Below, in pieces: positions 45,662 through 56,235 of a stretch of 64,000 nucleotides of DNA; the first letter of the stretch is position 1, and each line of letters begins with the position of its first letter. Location of the stretch: the NCBI GenBank assembly GCA_964542475.1, contig CAZIUL010000003.1:19826-83825 (forward strand). The letters are read 5' to 3'. The DNA is from an uncultured Phycisphaerales bacterium. GTDB taxonomy: Bacteria > Planctomycetota > B15-G4 > CAYZWU01. The notes under the pieces were generated by a model, which saw only the letters and a program-made list of their open reading frames with translations, did no database searches and was not told the origin of the DNA. The translations under genes were made by a program, and so were the position numbers.

Positions 45662-48203
45662 TCTCCCAGCGGAAAATGATCCATTGGTCCTGGCGCTGGT
45701 CGATAATCTGCAGCTTGGCCCACAGATCGGTGTTCCTGTCGATGCTGTGGATCACGTAAACATGGCCTTTTACAGCGGGAGCCTCATCGGCTTTCTTGTA
45801 GGAATGTCCGTCTGCAACAGCCACGCTGTCGAAGTCGGCCGCACCGAGATCCCAGATCGAGCTCATGCCGAACAGATCGATCTCCGGACCGCCGTTACCG
45901 AACGCGATGTCCCAGTCGTTCTTGACCAGTTCGCGATCATCGCGCGTGGCGTACTCGAAGCTGAACGTTGAGACCCTGTAATCATCCGGCAGGTTGAGCA
46001 TGGACGCGTGGGAACGGCCGAGAAGTGCATCGACATGAACCTCTTTGCCGATGTTTTCGGCAAGGGAGGCTGCAAGGTTCCCGGCTTCACGATCGAGGTC
46101 AGCCAGTATCCGGCCCTCTAGAAGAGCAACCTTTTCCGCCGACTTCTCCAGGATAGACCAGTCGAATGTTACGCCATGCTCGGTTGATGTTTCGGCAGCG
46201 ACACTCTCGATGAAATTCGGCTCGTGTGCGTTGTAGGCGTACCTGATCGTGACGGGTTTCTCCTGCCAGGAACCCTGGTTGGACCGGGCCACAATGGCGA
46301 GCTTGGCCCACCCGCCGTAGCGCGTCCTGAGAATGAAAACATCGTCATAAGGATCCCGGGAATCGCCGTCAGCTGTCCATCCTAATGCGACCGTTTCCGG
46401 ATCGACAGACACGATGGCATCGAAAAGTTCATCCACACCGCAGCGACTGATCGCGCTGTCCCTGTCTCTGCCCCACTCCAGGTTGTTAATGCCCCCCTGT
46501 GCCTGCAAAGTCACGGAGCTGATGCCGCCGGCGCAGCCGGCGAAATATAGATCCCCTTTGTCATCCGGCACGATCTTGCCGAGGTCTATCGAGTAGGCCT
46601 GCTGGTAATGGATTCGGAACTCTCCTTTGCGGATCCCTTTCGGAGAAAGGTTGACAACAGCGCTTCCCGGAGCGGTTCGCCTTCCATGCTTGTCCACACA
46701 AACGGTACTGTACAAGAGGAAACGCTTCCCGCTTATTCGCCCATCGCGCGCCAATCCGTTCTTCACGGTTAAAAACCTCGCTTCGCTACCCACAGCATCT
46801 GTCACTTTTACCCTATCCGCCTTGTACCCTTCCGGTGCATCCACCGTGACAACAACGCAGCCCGCCTTTTTCTCCGCCACAACCTTCGGCCTGAGATCAA
46901 AATAGGCGGCGTCCGGGTTGGCCTCGTACTCGACAAGCACCTCCACTTGCGGAACAGGCTTCCAGGTGCATCTCGCCACACCGCCACCGCGAAGGTAAAC
47001 ATGAAACGGGATATGGGGTGGAATTTGTTTCCCCCAGCCGGAATATTGAGCGCCCAGTTGATTGGGAAGAGGAGTCGCGTGAACCCCGAAACAGTCGGCA
47101 AAAGATGCGGCTGACGAGCCGCCGTAGGTCCCGGTCAAGGTGATGTCGCCACCGCTGTCCACATGCTTTCCGGTCAAAAAATCGAAAGACCTCTTTCCCT
47201 TCGCAGACCGATCGAGCTCAAAAGATCCCGTGACCACGCCGCCGCAATCCGTTGTTCCATCCACTGTCGCCGGGAGGCTCTCGCACATGTTCGCTGCGAT
47301 GCCGGTGATCCTGTAAACATAGCGGCTCCCGGGCGCGACATCGTCATCCCTGAAAGGCCCTTTCCCAGGGGTGTCCAAGATATGGAAGGGTCCAGCCGCG
47401 CCGTCACTGCGCTCGACGCGATAGGACGAAAAAATGTCTGACGCCTCGAAATGGACCTCTATCCGTTTGCCGGTCCCGACACAGAAAAGGTTTCGAGGCG
47501 CGGGCAAAACGCTCTGCGTACTCGTCAGGGCCGTGTAGAACCGCACGCCCACCGGCGCAGACGTGCTTATGACCTGCACCCAGGCGCACCGCCCGAGATC
47601 GGTGTGAACCATGTGCCAGGGAGCGCTGTAAATCCGCTGCGCCAGGCCGGCCATTTCATGGTCGAGCCTGGAACCGTCAAGGAACACGACCTCATCGTTC
47701 CTGACCACCAGATCGGGCGCTGAGCCCGAACCGGACCGGATCGCATTGGTCACTCCGCCCGTGTCGAGGTCTAGAAACAACCCCTCGGGGATCACCTCCA
47801 CAGCGGATATGTATGACGATCCCGGTACACCTGTCGAGAGGCGAAGGATCTCCCGGGAGATGGCTGGGAGATCCCCGAAATCGGCGACAAGCTCCCGCAG
47901 AAGAGACGCGGCCTTCTTTTCGTTTCCCTGAAGGCGTTCGCACCGGATGAGCCCGGCCAATGCCTTGGCCTTCAGGATCCGCGGGGCGTTTCGATCCTTC
48001 CATATCTTTAGAAAGAGCCTTGCTGCTTCTTTTGGTTTGCGTTGACTGTCAAGCAGAAGCTCCGCGTCGAGAAAAAGAGTATCGAGCTCATCCTGATCGG
48101 ATGTGGGCGCCTTAGGAGTGTCTACCGCCTGGCAGGGTGCGCACTGAGCGGTCGGGCCGAAGAAAACGAACATGCCGAGCAAGAGTAAGATCAAGATCTT
48201 CAT
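45615..48203 (-). CDS. Hypothetical large secreted protein (862 aa)
   Basis: It has a signal peptide (MKILILLLLGMFVFFGPTAQC) and no recognisable catalytic motif. It lies downstream of, and co-oriented with, the two-component system. Confidence 0.5.
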   Translation of the reverse strand: MKILILLLLGMFVFFGPTAQCAPCQAVDTPKAPTSDQDELDTLFLDAELLLDSQRKPKEAARLFLKIWKDRNAPRILKAKALAGLIRCERLQGNEKKAASLLRELVADFGDLPAISREILRLSTGVPGSSYISAVEVIPEGLFLDLDTGGVTNAIRSGSGSAPDLVVRNDEVVFLDGSRLDHEMAGLAQRIYSAPWHMVHTDLGRCAWVQVISTSAPVGVRFYTALTSTQSVLPAPRNLFCVGTGKRIEVHFEASDIFSSYRVERSDGAAGPFHILDTPGKGPFRDDDVAPGSRYVYRITGIAANMCESLPATVDGTTDCGGVVTGSFELDRSAKGKRSFDFLTGKHVDSGGDITLTGTYGGSSAASFADCFGVHATPLPNQLGAQYSGWGKQIPPHIPFHVYLRGGGVARCTWKPVPQVEVLVEYEANPDAAYFDLRPKVVAEKKAGCVVVTVDAPEGYKADRVKVTDAVGSEARFLTVKNGLARDGRISGKRFLLYSTVCVDKHGRRTAPGSAVVNLSPKGIRKGEFRIHYQQAYSIDLGKIVPDDKGDLYFAGCAGGISSVTLQAQGGINNLEWGRDRDSAISRCGVDELFDAIVSVDPETVALGWTADGDSRDPYDDVFILRTRYGGWAKLAIVARSNQGSWQEKPVTIRYAYNAHEPNFIESVAAETSTEHGVTFDWSILEKSAEKVALLEGRILADLDREAGNLAASLAENIGKEVHVDALLGRSHASMLNLPDDYRVSTFSFEYATRDDRELVKNDWDIAFGNGGPEIDLFGMSSIWDLGAADFDSVAVADGHSYKKADEAPAVKGHVYVIHSIDRNTDLWAKLQIIDQRQDQWIIFRWEIIEEVEQVIRLERAR

Positions 48204-48333
48204 GGTTCACGCCTCCCTTCAAATGAGTTGATCGCGCTGAAACGAACTAGTCAAGCAACCGTTTCACGGTTATCATGGCATGCATTATCGGAAAAGGGAT
48301 CGCGCGCGTGGTCACGAAGATGCAACAATGTTG

Positions 48334-49011
48334 TTACAGCACCAGGCGGTAGCCCACGCCGTGGACAGTGACGAGATGTTCGGGGTGTGCGGGGTCTGAC
48401 TCGATCTTCTTCCTGAGCCGCGCCATGTGCGTGTCGAGCGTTCGCGTCGAGAATGTACCCGATCCCCAGATGGCGCGGACCAGGTCCTGCCTGGAGACCG
48501 GCCTGGGGGAGTGTCTCTTAAGCTCCCGGAGTATGTCGATCTCCGAGGGGGTCAGGCCAACGCTGCCTGACCGGCTCTCGAAGCTGAACCGGCTCAGAAC
48601 AACGGCGCCCTGGGAGAGTACGATCCTATCCTCGTCCGCTTCAGCCCCGGCCTTCTTCAGCCGCACGCGGATCCGGGCGAGCAGCTCGGCAACGCCGAAC
48701 GGTTTGGTCACGTAGTCGACCGCGCCGAGGTCGAATCCGCGGACCTTTTCGACCTCGTCGTCTATGGCCGATAGAATGAAGACCGGTACATCCGATCCGG
48801 CATCCCTAAGCTGCGACAGAACCTCCATCCCGGTCATTCCGGGCAGCATGAGGTCAAGCAGCACGAGATCGGGTGCCGCACTGAGGGCGCTCTCGAGCCC
48901 CTGCGGCCCGTCGCCTGCCATGACCACCTCGTACCCGGCCTGTTTCAGGTTGTACTCGAGACCGGCAGCCATGTTGGTGTCGTCTTCGACAATGAGAATC
49001 TTTTCGGTCAT
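48334..49011 (-). CDS. OmpR/PhoB-family response regulator
   Basis: The receiver domain has the DD...D...K pattern (ILIVEDD, LVLLDLMLPGM, KPF), and the C-terminal wHTH reads VHGVGYRLV. Confidence 0.85.
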   Translation of the reverse strand: MTEKILIVEDDTNMAAGLEYNLKQAGYEVVMAGDGPQGLESALSAAPDLVLLDLMLPGMTGMEVLSQLRDAGSDVPVFILSAIDDEVEKVRGFDLGAVDYVTKPFGVAELLARIRVRLKKAGAEADEDRIVLSQGAVVLSRFSFESRSGSVGLTPSEIDILRELKRHSPRPVSRQDLVRAIWGSGTFSTRTLDTHMARLRKKIESDPAHPEHLVTVHGVGYRLVL

Positions 49012-50714
49012 GATCTTGGGTACTCGATTCGAAAACTAGCGCCGCCCGCGGAGGAGCGGCCTGCGGTTACTCTACCCCCTCCGTTCTCCACGCACTGGCG
49101 CACAAAGGTCAGGCCGAGGCCCGTGCCGGAAGCGGTCCTGGTCGTGCTGTCCCCGAGCTGGACAAACGGTTCAAAGATCCTCTCCTTCTCGGACAGCCCG
49201 ACCCCCGGACCGTCATCCTCGATGTCGATCGTTATCTTGTGCTCATCCCCATAGACAGCCACCTTTACCGAGTGCTCGGCGAACTTGATCGCATTGTCCA
49301 GCACTCCGCTCACAGCCCTTTCCGCGAAATCCCTCGTTCCGGTCAGATGCATGGGCGCGTCAGGGCACGCTACGGACAGGTCGATCGATTTACGCTCTGC
49401 CGCCGGACTGTACTCCTTGGCTACCTTCTCGACAAGGGCGCACAGGTCGAACCTCTCCTCATCGAGGAAGGCCGACTCTTTTCCGGCAGCCACACCGAGA
49501 GCCTGCTGCACCATCCTGAGCAGCCGCTGCGCTTCGGAGCCGATCGTCTGGGCGAATCCGCTTACGCGCTCCGGGTCTTTTCCACCATGGCCGTGAATCG
49601 TTTCGGCATAAAGAAGAATGTTTGCGATGGGCGTTTTGAACTCGTGTGTGATCGACCACAGAAAATCTCGCTTGCGCTTCTCGAGCCGGGCGGTGCGCAG
49701 GTCGGAGAACAGCAGGAAGACCGAGCCGGTTAGAAGGAGCAGCGCCGGTATCGCGGCATAAGAGAACCTGCGCCAGAAAACCGATCGCTTGTGAGCGTCC
49801 AGCTCTGTGAGCGACGCCCCGCCGAGGCCCAGCCCGATCGTTGGAAAGGGCTCACCGAGCAGCACATCAGCCTCGCCGCTGATCGTCCATCGATCGGTGC
49901 TCCATCCGGGGAGCAGGGATCGGAGAAGCTCATCGAGCGGCACGGCCAGCATCTCGATCTCGTCTCCTGTTGCCGGGATGCGCCACGCTACCTCTTGTCC
50001 GGGAAGCGAGACCAGGTCGTCGGGCCGGTCCGCGGTGAAAACCGCTTCTGCCGCGTCGAGCGCTGTAATCCGGTCCCGGTCTCCGCCGAGCTTTTCGTGA
50101 ACATGCGCACGGCGGCCCGGGCTTGCGCCGGCGAAACCGCCCTCCTCGATCGCGGACACAAGCTTCCGCCCTTCGTCCTCGTCCTGCTCAGCCAGTTCGT
50201 AGAAAGCGAGGAGGCGTTCCTCGTCGGAGGCATTACCGATCAGAACAGCGTCCCTCAATGCGGCGACCCCCCGGGCAACGCTTCCCGCATCAAAGCTGAG
50301 ACGGGCGATGTTGCGCAGGGCCATGACACGTTCCGTTGGATCGAGCGTGCCCGCGATAAGGCTCTTGTACTTGTCAAGAGCAGCGGATGGTTTCTGATCC
50401 ACGAACTCGAGGCGTTCGGCAGGGAAAAAGACCTGGCCGAGCTCGGCCGGCCGCGGTTTTGGCTGGTAGCGCACGCGCAGCTTCCGGACCTCGAAAGGCA
50501 TCGAGTCGAACCGGTTATCCCTTGACCGGGTGATGATCGCGGTCATGGCTTTACGCGCCTCAGCCGCTTCGCCGGCAAGAATTGCCAGCATCTCACTTTT
50601 TCGCTGCTCGGCCGCTCTTGGCGCCTCGCCGAGCGCCCACCCGGCACCGAAAACGATAAGAAGAACCGTGGCCACAACCAGGAGGAGCTGAATGACAACG
50701 GCTTTTTTTGTCAT
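49008..50714 (-). CDS. Sensor histidine kinase (two TM segments, periplasmic sensor, HisKA + HATPase_c)
   Basis: The H-box is ITHEFKTPIANI and the G2 box is GTGLGLTFV. It overlaps the response regulator by 4 bp. Confidence 0.8.
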   Translation of the reverse strand: MTKKAVVIQLLLVVATVLLIVFGAGWALGEAPRAAEQRKSEMLAILAGEAAEARKAMTAIITRSRDNRFDSMPFEVRKLRVRYQPKPRPAELGQVFFPAERLEFVDQKPSAALDKYKSLIAGTLDPTERVMALRNIARLSFDAGSVARGVAALRDAVLIGNASDEERLLAFYELAEQDEDEGRKLVSAIEEGGFAGASPGRRAHVHEKLGGDRDRITALDAAEAVFTADRPDDLVSLPGQEVAWRIPATGDEIEMLAVPLDELLRSLLPGWSTDRWTISGEADVLLGEPFPTIGLGLGGASLTELDAHKRSVFWRRFSYAAIPALLLLTGSVFLLFSDLRTARLEKRKRDFLWSITHEFKTPIANILLYAETIHGHGGKDPERVSGFAQTIGSEAQRLLRMVQQALGVAAGKESAFLDEERFDLCALVEKVAKEYSPAAERKSIDLSVACPDAPMHLTGTRDFAERAVSGVLDNAIKFAEHSVKVAVYGDEHKITIDIEDDGPGVGLSEKERIFEPFVQLGDSTTRTASGTGLGLTFVRQCVENGGGRVTAGRSSAGGASFRIEYPRS

Positions 50715-50889
50715 CGGTTACCCCGATCACGTTTCCGGTCCCTTGAAAGCTGTCACGAGAAAGAAACTATCCCTAATTTTCCTTCATGTAAACAATAAAC
50801 CTGTCTCCGATGAATCCGGGGATTATAATGTGTTTGTGTCTCTTTCCAAGGGGAGGATAGGAAGGCCGGAGGAAGAGAAAGAAAGAAGA

Positions 50890-50909
50890 GGGCGAATAAT
50901 TTTTCGCCC
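50890..50909. repeat. Repeat family B hairpin (GGGCGAAtaattTTCGCCC)
   Basis: It lies in the divergent region between the histidine kinase and the BNR protein. Nearly the same element occurs at 23474-23494 and 57526-57545. Confidence 0.6.
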
Positions 50910-50941
50910 CTACGACATGAACAACTTAGGGAGGATGAACA

Positions 50942-53900
50942 TTGAAACGTCAACTGATGATCGCAGCGCTTTTTTTTATCTTTGCTTGGGGAGCTGTCTT
51001 TGCCCGGGAACAGAACCGGGAAGAGACAAAAACCGCGCAAGCACAAGAAACACAAGAAAAACCCGGGGATAAGGCGGCGGTGAAGGTGGATGAGGAAGCG
51101 ACCGGGAAAAAAACAGGTGAAGATGAAGGAGAAAAGGAAGAAGAAGAGGATAAAAGCCTCCTCAAGGCATCCACCTTTTCCGGGCTCAAATTCCGCTCCA
51201 TCGGGCCTGCCCTCATGTCCGGGAGGATCAGCGACATCGCGGTTCATCCGAAAAAGCACCATCACTGGTGGATCGCGGTGGCTTCGGGCGGCGTGTGGAA
51301 GACAACGAACGCGGGCACAACGTGGAAACCGGTGTTTGACAACGAAGGCTCCTACTCGATCGGCTGCGTGACGGTTGACCGCAACAACCCGCACATCGTG
51401 TGGGTGGGCACGGGGGAGAACAACAGCCAGCGTAGCGTCTCTTTCGGGGATGGTGTGTACAAGTCGACGAACGGGGGGAACTCCTGGAAAAACATGGGCC
51501 TGAAGGAGTCCGAGCACATCGCGAAGATCGTGGTGGATCCTCGGGATTCCGATGTGGTGTACGTCGCAGCCCAGGGCCCGCTCTGGGCGCCCGGCGGCGA
51601 CCGGGGGCTTTACAAGACCACGGACGGCGGAACGACCTGGAACCTGGCGCTCGAGATCAGCGAGAACACCGGCGTGACAGACGTGGTCATGGATCCGCGC
51701 GACCCGGATGTGCTCTATGCCGCATCGTACCAGCGGCGGCGCCACGTATGGACTCTTATAAACGGCGGCCCCGAGTCCGCGATCCACAAGACTACCGACG
51801 GAGGAAAGAGCTGGACAAAACTCGGCAGCGGCCTTCCAGGCGGTGATGTGGGCCGCATAGGGCTTGCCATCTCGCCGGTTGATGCGGATGTGCTTTTCGC
51901 CATCATCGAGGCGGCAGGTGATGCGAGCGGTTTCTTTCGCTCGACCAACAGGGGAGCGACCTGGGTGAAGCGCTCAGGTCACGTGAGTGTCAGTGCCCAG
52001 TACTACCAGGAGATCGTGCCCGATCCTGTGGATGTGAACCGAGTCTACTCGCTGAATACCCGCACCAAGGTCACGGACGACGGGGGGAAGACATGGACCA
52101 ATGTGGGAGGGTCGCGCAAGCACGTTGACGACCACGCGCTCTGGATCGACCCGGACGACACTGACCACCTCGTCATGGGGTGCGACGGCGGCTTGTACGA
52201 AAGCTTCGACCGCAGCGTAAGCTGGCGCTTCGTTCCCAACCTTCCCCTGACGCAGTTCTACAGGGTCAGCGTGGACAACAGCTTTCCGTTTTACTACGTG
52301 TACGGCGGAACCCAGGACAACTCCACACAGGGCGGCCCCTCCAGGACCCGCCGCTCCGGGGGGATCGTCAACTCCGACTGGTTCATCACCGTCGGAGGCG
52401 ACGGGTTCGAGACACAGATCGACCCGGAGGACCCCAACATCGTCTACTCCCAGTCGCAGTACGGCGTACTTGCCCGGTATGACAGGCTTACAGGCGAAAG
52501 GATCAACATCAAGCCCATGGCGGGGCCGGACGAAGAGCCGCTCCACTGGAACTGGGATTCCCCGCTCATCATCAGCCCGCATTTGCACACGAGGCTCTAC
52601 TTCGGCGCAAACAGGCTGTTTCGAAGCGATGACAGGGGCGACTCCTGGAGGGCTGTGAGCGGCAACCTCACGCGGCAAATCGACAGGAACAAGCTCGAGA
52701 TCATGGGAAAGATCCAGCCCCTGGACGCGGTTGCCAAGCACGACTCCACGTCGATCTTCGGAAACCTCGTGTACATCTGCGAATCGCCCCTGGTCGAGGG
52801 GCTGATCTACGCGGGCACGGACGACGGCCTGATCCAGGTCACCGAGGACAACGGAAAGAGCTGGCGGCGCGAGGACTCCTTTGCGAGCGTGCCGGATATG
52901 ACCTACGTGAGCAGGATCGAGGCATCGCTCCACGACGCGGACACAGTGTTCGCAGCGTTCGACAACCACAAGAACGGGGATTTCAAGCCGTACGTGGTGA
53001 AGAGCACGGACAGGGGAAGAAGCTGGACCTCCATTGCGGGAGACCTTCCCGAGCGGGGGCCGGTCCTGTCTCTGGCAGAGGACCACGCGGACAACGGACG
53101 GCTCCTGTTCGCAGGCACCGAGTTCGGCGTGTTCTTCACGATCAACAGCGGTGAAAACTGGATCCGGCTCAAGGGCGGGCTTCCAACCATCGCGATCAGG
53201 GACATGGAGATCCAGCGCAGGGAGAACGACCTTGTGCTCGGCACATTCGGCCGAAGTTTTTACATACTGGACGACTACACCCCGCTCAGACAGGTCACGG
53301 AGGAAAGCCTCGAACACGAGGCAATGCTGTTTCCTGTCGTGAAAAACACCTGGATGTACATACCTTCCAGGTCAAAGGCCGGGTCGCAGGGCGGCTCGTT
53401 CTACACGGCTTCCAACCCGCCTTTCGGAGCGGTTTTCACCTGCTACATCAAGGAAAGCTACGAGAGCCTGAAGCAGAAGCGTAAAAAGAAGGAAAAAGAG
53501 TCGCTTAAGGACTCCGGCGATGTTTACTACCCCACACTGGAGGAGCTCCGCGCTGAGAAGCGGGAGGAAAAAACCAGCCTCGTCCTGTGCGTGCGCGATT
53601 CAGCGGGAGAGCTGGTCCGGCGCATTAACGGGCCCGCGTCAGCAGGGTTCCATCGCGTGGCATGGGACCTCAGGTACCCGTCATCAAGGCCCGGGGGTCG
53701 CGGCAGCGGGCCGCTGGTATTGCCCGGAGAATACACCGTGACCATCGAAAAGAAGGCTGATGGAGAGCTCACGCTGCTATGCGGGCCTGAACGGTTCGAG
53801 ATCAAAATGCTGCAAACAGCTTCGCTCCCCGCCGAGGACCGTGAGGAGGCGCTTGCCTTTCAGATGAAGGCGGAAGATCTCCAGAGGGCTGTGCTGGGTG

Positions 53901-54313
53901 CGGACAGGGTTCTGCAGGAAACAAAGAGCCGCGTTGAAGAGATCAAAAAAGCGATCTTTGCAACGACCGGAGCCGACCAGTCGCTGGGCAAACGCGCGCG
54001 CGATATCGAGGTACGCCTCATGGATCTCGAGATGGAGCTTTCGGGTGATTCGCTCAAGCGGTCCCTTGACGAGGCCACGCTGCCATCCATCCAGAGCCGT
54101 GTGCGCCAGATCGTGGGCACGCACAGCAACTCAACATCCGCCATCACGCAGACCAGCCGCGACAACTATCAGATCGCTGGTAAAGCTTTCGAAAGAGCGC
54201 TTGAAAGGCTGCGAGTCCTGGTCGAGCAAGACCTGAAAAAGCTCGAGAATGAGCTCGATGCAAAGGGCGCGCCCTGGACCCCGGGGCGCATCCCGCACTG
54301 GACAATCGAATAG
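50942..54313 (+). CDS. Secreted BNR/Asp-box repeat (sortilin/VPS10-like) protein with an acidic low-complexity N-terminal region
   Basis: It has a signal peptide and at least nine S/T-x-D/N-x-G-x-S/T-W Asp-boxes (STNGGNSW, TTDGGTTW, TTDGGKSW, TDDGGKTW, TEDNGKSW, STDRGRSW ...). The gene is 1123 aa. Confidence 0.7.
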   Translation: MKRQLMIAALFFIFAWGAVFAREQNREETKTAQAQETQEKPGDKAAVKVDEEATGKKTGEDEGEKEEEEDKSLLKASTFSGLKFRSIGPALMSGRISDIAVHPKKHHHWWIAVASGGVWKTTNAGTTWKPVFDNEGSYSIGCVTVDRNNPHIVWVGTGENNSQRSVSFGDGVYKSTNGGNSWKNMGLKESEHIAKIVVDPRDSDVVYVAAQGPLWAPGGDRGLYKTTDGGTTWNLALEISENTGVTDVVMDPRDPDVLYAASYQRRRHVWTLINGGPESAIHKTTDGGKSWTKLGSGLPGGDVGRIGLAISPVDADVLFAIIEAAGDASGFFRSTNRGATWVKRSGHVSVSAQYYQEIVPDPVDVNRVYSLNTRTKVTDDGGKTWTNVGGSRKHVDDHALWIDPDDTDHLVMGCDGGLYESFDRSVSWRFVPNLPLTQFYRVSVDNSFPFYYVYGGTQDNSTQGGPSRTRRSGGIVNSDWFITVGGDGFETQIDPEDPNIVYSQSQYGVLARYDRLTGERINIKPMAGPDEEPLHWNWDSPLIISPHLHTRLYFGANRLFRSDDRGDSWRAVSGNLTRQIDRNKLEIMGKIQPLDAVAKHDSTSIFGNLVYICESPLVEGLIYAGTDDGLIQVTEDNGKSWRREDSFASVPDMTYVSRIEASLHDADTVFAAFDNHKNGDFKPYVVKSTDRGRSWTSIAGDLPERGPVLSLAEDHADNGRLLFAGTEFGVFFTINSGENWIRLKGGLPTIAIRDMEIQRRENDLVLGTFGRSFYILDDYTPLRQVTEESLEHEAMLFPVVKNTWMYIPSRSKAGSQGGSFYTASNPPFGAVFTCYIKESYESLKQKRKKKEKESLKDSGDVYYPTLEELRAEKREEKTSLVLCVRDSAGELVRRINGPASAGFHRVAWDLRYPSSRPGGRGSGPLVLPGEYTVTIEKKADGELTLLCGPERFEIKMLQTASLPAEDREEALAFQMKAEDLQRAVLGADRVLQETKSRVEEIKKAIFATTGADQSLGKRARDIEVRLMDLEMELSGDSLKRSLDEATLPSIQSRVRQIVGTHSNSTSAITQTSRDNYQIAGKAFERALERLRVLVEQDLKKLENELDAKGAPWTPGRIPHWTIE

Positions 54314-54457
54314 AAACCGGCCTGTAAAGAGAGCGCGTTCCAGCTGAGCCGCGGACAGGCAGCCGCCCCTCCACGGCAGCAAGTGCCCTACAAACAAATC
54401 GCCGTCATATATTGACTGCTTGTGTCATTGTTTGATATCACAGGACCGGGTCTCCGG

Positions 54458-55446
54458 TCACTGCCCCTCTGCCCGCATGAACTCCAGGAAAAGCTCCACC
54501 TCGAACCTGGACCCTATCACAAGGGGTGTGTACTGGTGCAGCTTTTCCGGTTTCTTGTCCAGGATATTTCCGTGTCCGTCGATTGCCATGCCCCCTGCCC
54601 GCTCGATGATGAATGCCATCGGGTTTGCCTCGTAAACAAGCCTCAGCCTGCCTCGCGGGAACTGTGGATATGCGGGATACAGGAACACGCCGCCCTTCAG
54701 AAGGTTCCTGTGAAAGTCCGCCACAAACGAGCCGATGTACCGGCCTGTATAGCGCCTCTCCTTGAAGTTTTTCAGGTACGAGACATACCGCTTGATCGCC
54801 GGCTCCCAGCCATCGAAGTTCGCCTCGTTCACCGCGTAGATCGATCCGTGATCCGGAGCTCTCATGTCAGGATGTGAAAGGATGAACTCGCCCACGCTTG
54901 GATCGAGCGTAAAGCCGCTCACGCCGTTTCCGGTAGTGTACACAAGCATTGTGCTCGACCCGTAAACAATGTAACCGGCGCACACGAGGCTGTTGCCCCG
55001 CTGGAGAAAATCTTCTTCCGAACCGCTCTCGTTGTGGGAAACCGCCCGGTACACGCCGAAAATCGTGCCTATGGCCACGTTCACGTCGATGTTGCTCGAT
55101 CCGTCTAGAGGATCGAAAACAACAGCATACCTGCCCTTGGGGTACTCGTCCGGAACATGGATGATGCCTTCCGCCTCTTCCGATGCCATTGCGCAGATCG
55201 TGCCTGTGTGCGCGAGAGCCTGGATCATCTTCTTGTTGGCGAAAACATCGAGCTTCTGCTGCTCCTCGCCGTGGACGTTCACGGAATGGGCTTTGCCGAC
55301 GATGTTTGCTATGCCGGCCTTGTTGACCTCCCGGCTGATGACTTTTGCGGCGAACGCGATCTGGTTGAAGATCATGGTCAAATCGCCGGTGGCTTTCGGG
55401 TTCTTGCGCTGTTCTTCCAGCACGAAGCTGTTGAGGTTGGTAACGC
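54458..55446 (-). CDS. fbp: Fructose-1,6-bisphosphatase class 1
   Basis: YAVVFDPLDGSSNIDVNVAIGTIFGVY is the class 1 FBPase signature. I chose the start at MQKGV (55446). Confidence 0.85.
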
Positions 55447-55764
55447 CTTTCTGCATGCTGCTCTCCGTCTTTTTTTTACTCCTTGTCGGATCCTCTCCTC
55501 CTGTTTCGGCATCTTTCCGGAAGATCGGGGGCAATCTGTAAAAAAAACCGTTGCCGGGCTGCCGCTTTTCGTGATCGGTTGCGGCCAGGCAGGGGCGCAC
55601 TGCACGGTACGGGCTCGATCATTTTGGTTCTGCCATGATCCGGTCTCGGTTAGTACACTGTTTTTGAATGAATCCCGTTGCGTTGAAAGGTAAATGAAGG
55701 TACGGTTTGGCGAAAACCTCTTGTCCACTGACGCTCTTCACAACCCGAAAAAGGGACAGAACAA

Positions 55765-56235
55765 ATGGCTGATGACTATTTCATGCGCCTCGCAATCGAC
55801 AAGGCCAAGGAAGGCGTTTTGAAAGGCAACGCGCCTTTCGGTGCCTGCATTGTAAAAGACGACGAGATCATAGTGTGTGAGCACAACAGGGTCTGGGGCG
55901 ACACGGATATCACAGCCCATGCCGAGATCGTGGCGATCCGGGAGGCCTGCAAAAAACTCGGCTCGATCGATCTGGGGGGGATGGTCCTTTACGCAACGTG
56001 CGAGCCGTGCCCCATGTGCTTCAGCGCGGCTCACTGGGCCGGGATAACGAAGATCGTTTTTGGCGCGAGAATCAAGGACGCGAAAAAGATGAAGTTCCGC
56101 GAACTGAACATCTCCAACGAAAAGATGATCGAAACGGCACGCAGCAAGGTCGAATCTGTGGGGCCGTTCATGCGCCAGGAGAACCTCGACCTGATGGACT
56201 ACTGGAACGACATACCAGGGACCAAGAGCTACTAA
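55765..56235 (+). CDS. Nucleoside/nucleotide deaminase (CDA/TadA/guanine-deaminase family)
   Basis: HAEIVAI...CEPCPMC is the zinc-binding deaminase motif. The gene is 156 aa. Confidence 0.75.
   Translation: MADDYFMRLAIDKAKEGVLKGNAPFGACIVKDDEIIVCEHNRVWGDTDITAHAEIVAIREACKKLGSIDLGGMVLYATCEPCPMCFSAAHWAGITKIVFGARIKDAKKMKFRELNISNEKMIETARSKVESVGPFMRQENLDLMDYWNDIPGTKSY

Noticed and set aside
51974-53317. 447-aa minus-strand ORF
   Set aside because: It is antisense to the BNR-repeat gene, whose Asp-boxes are unmistakable.
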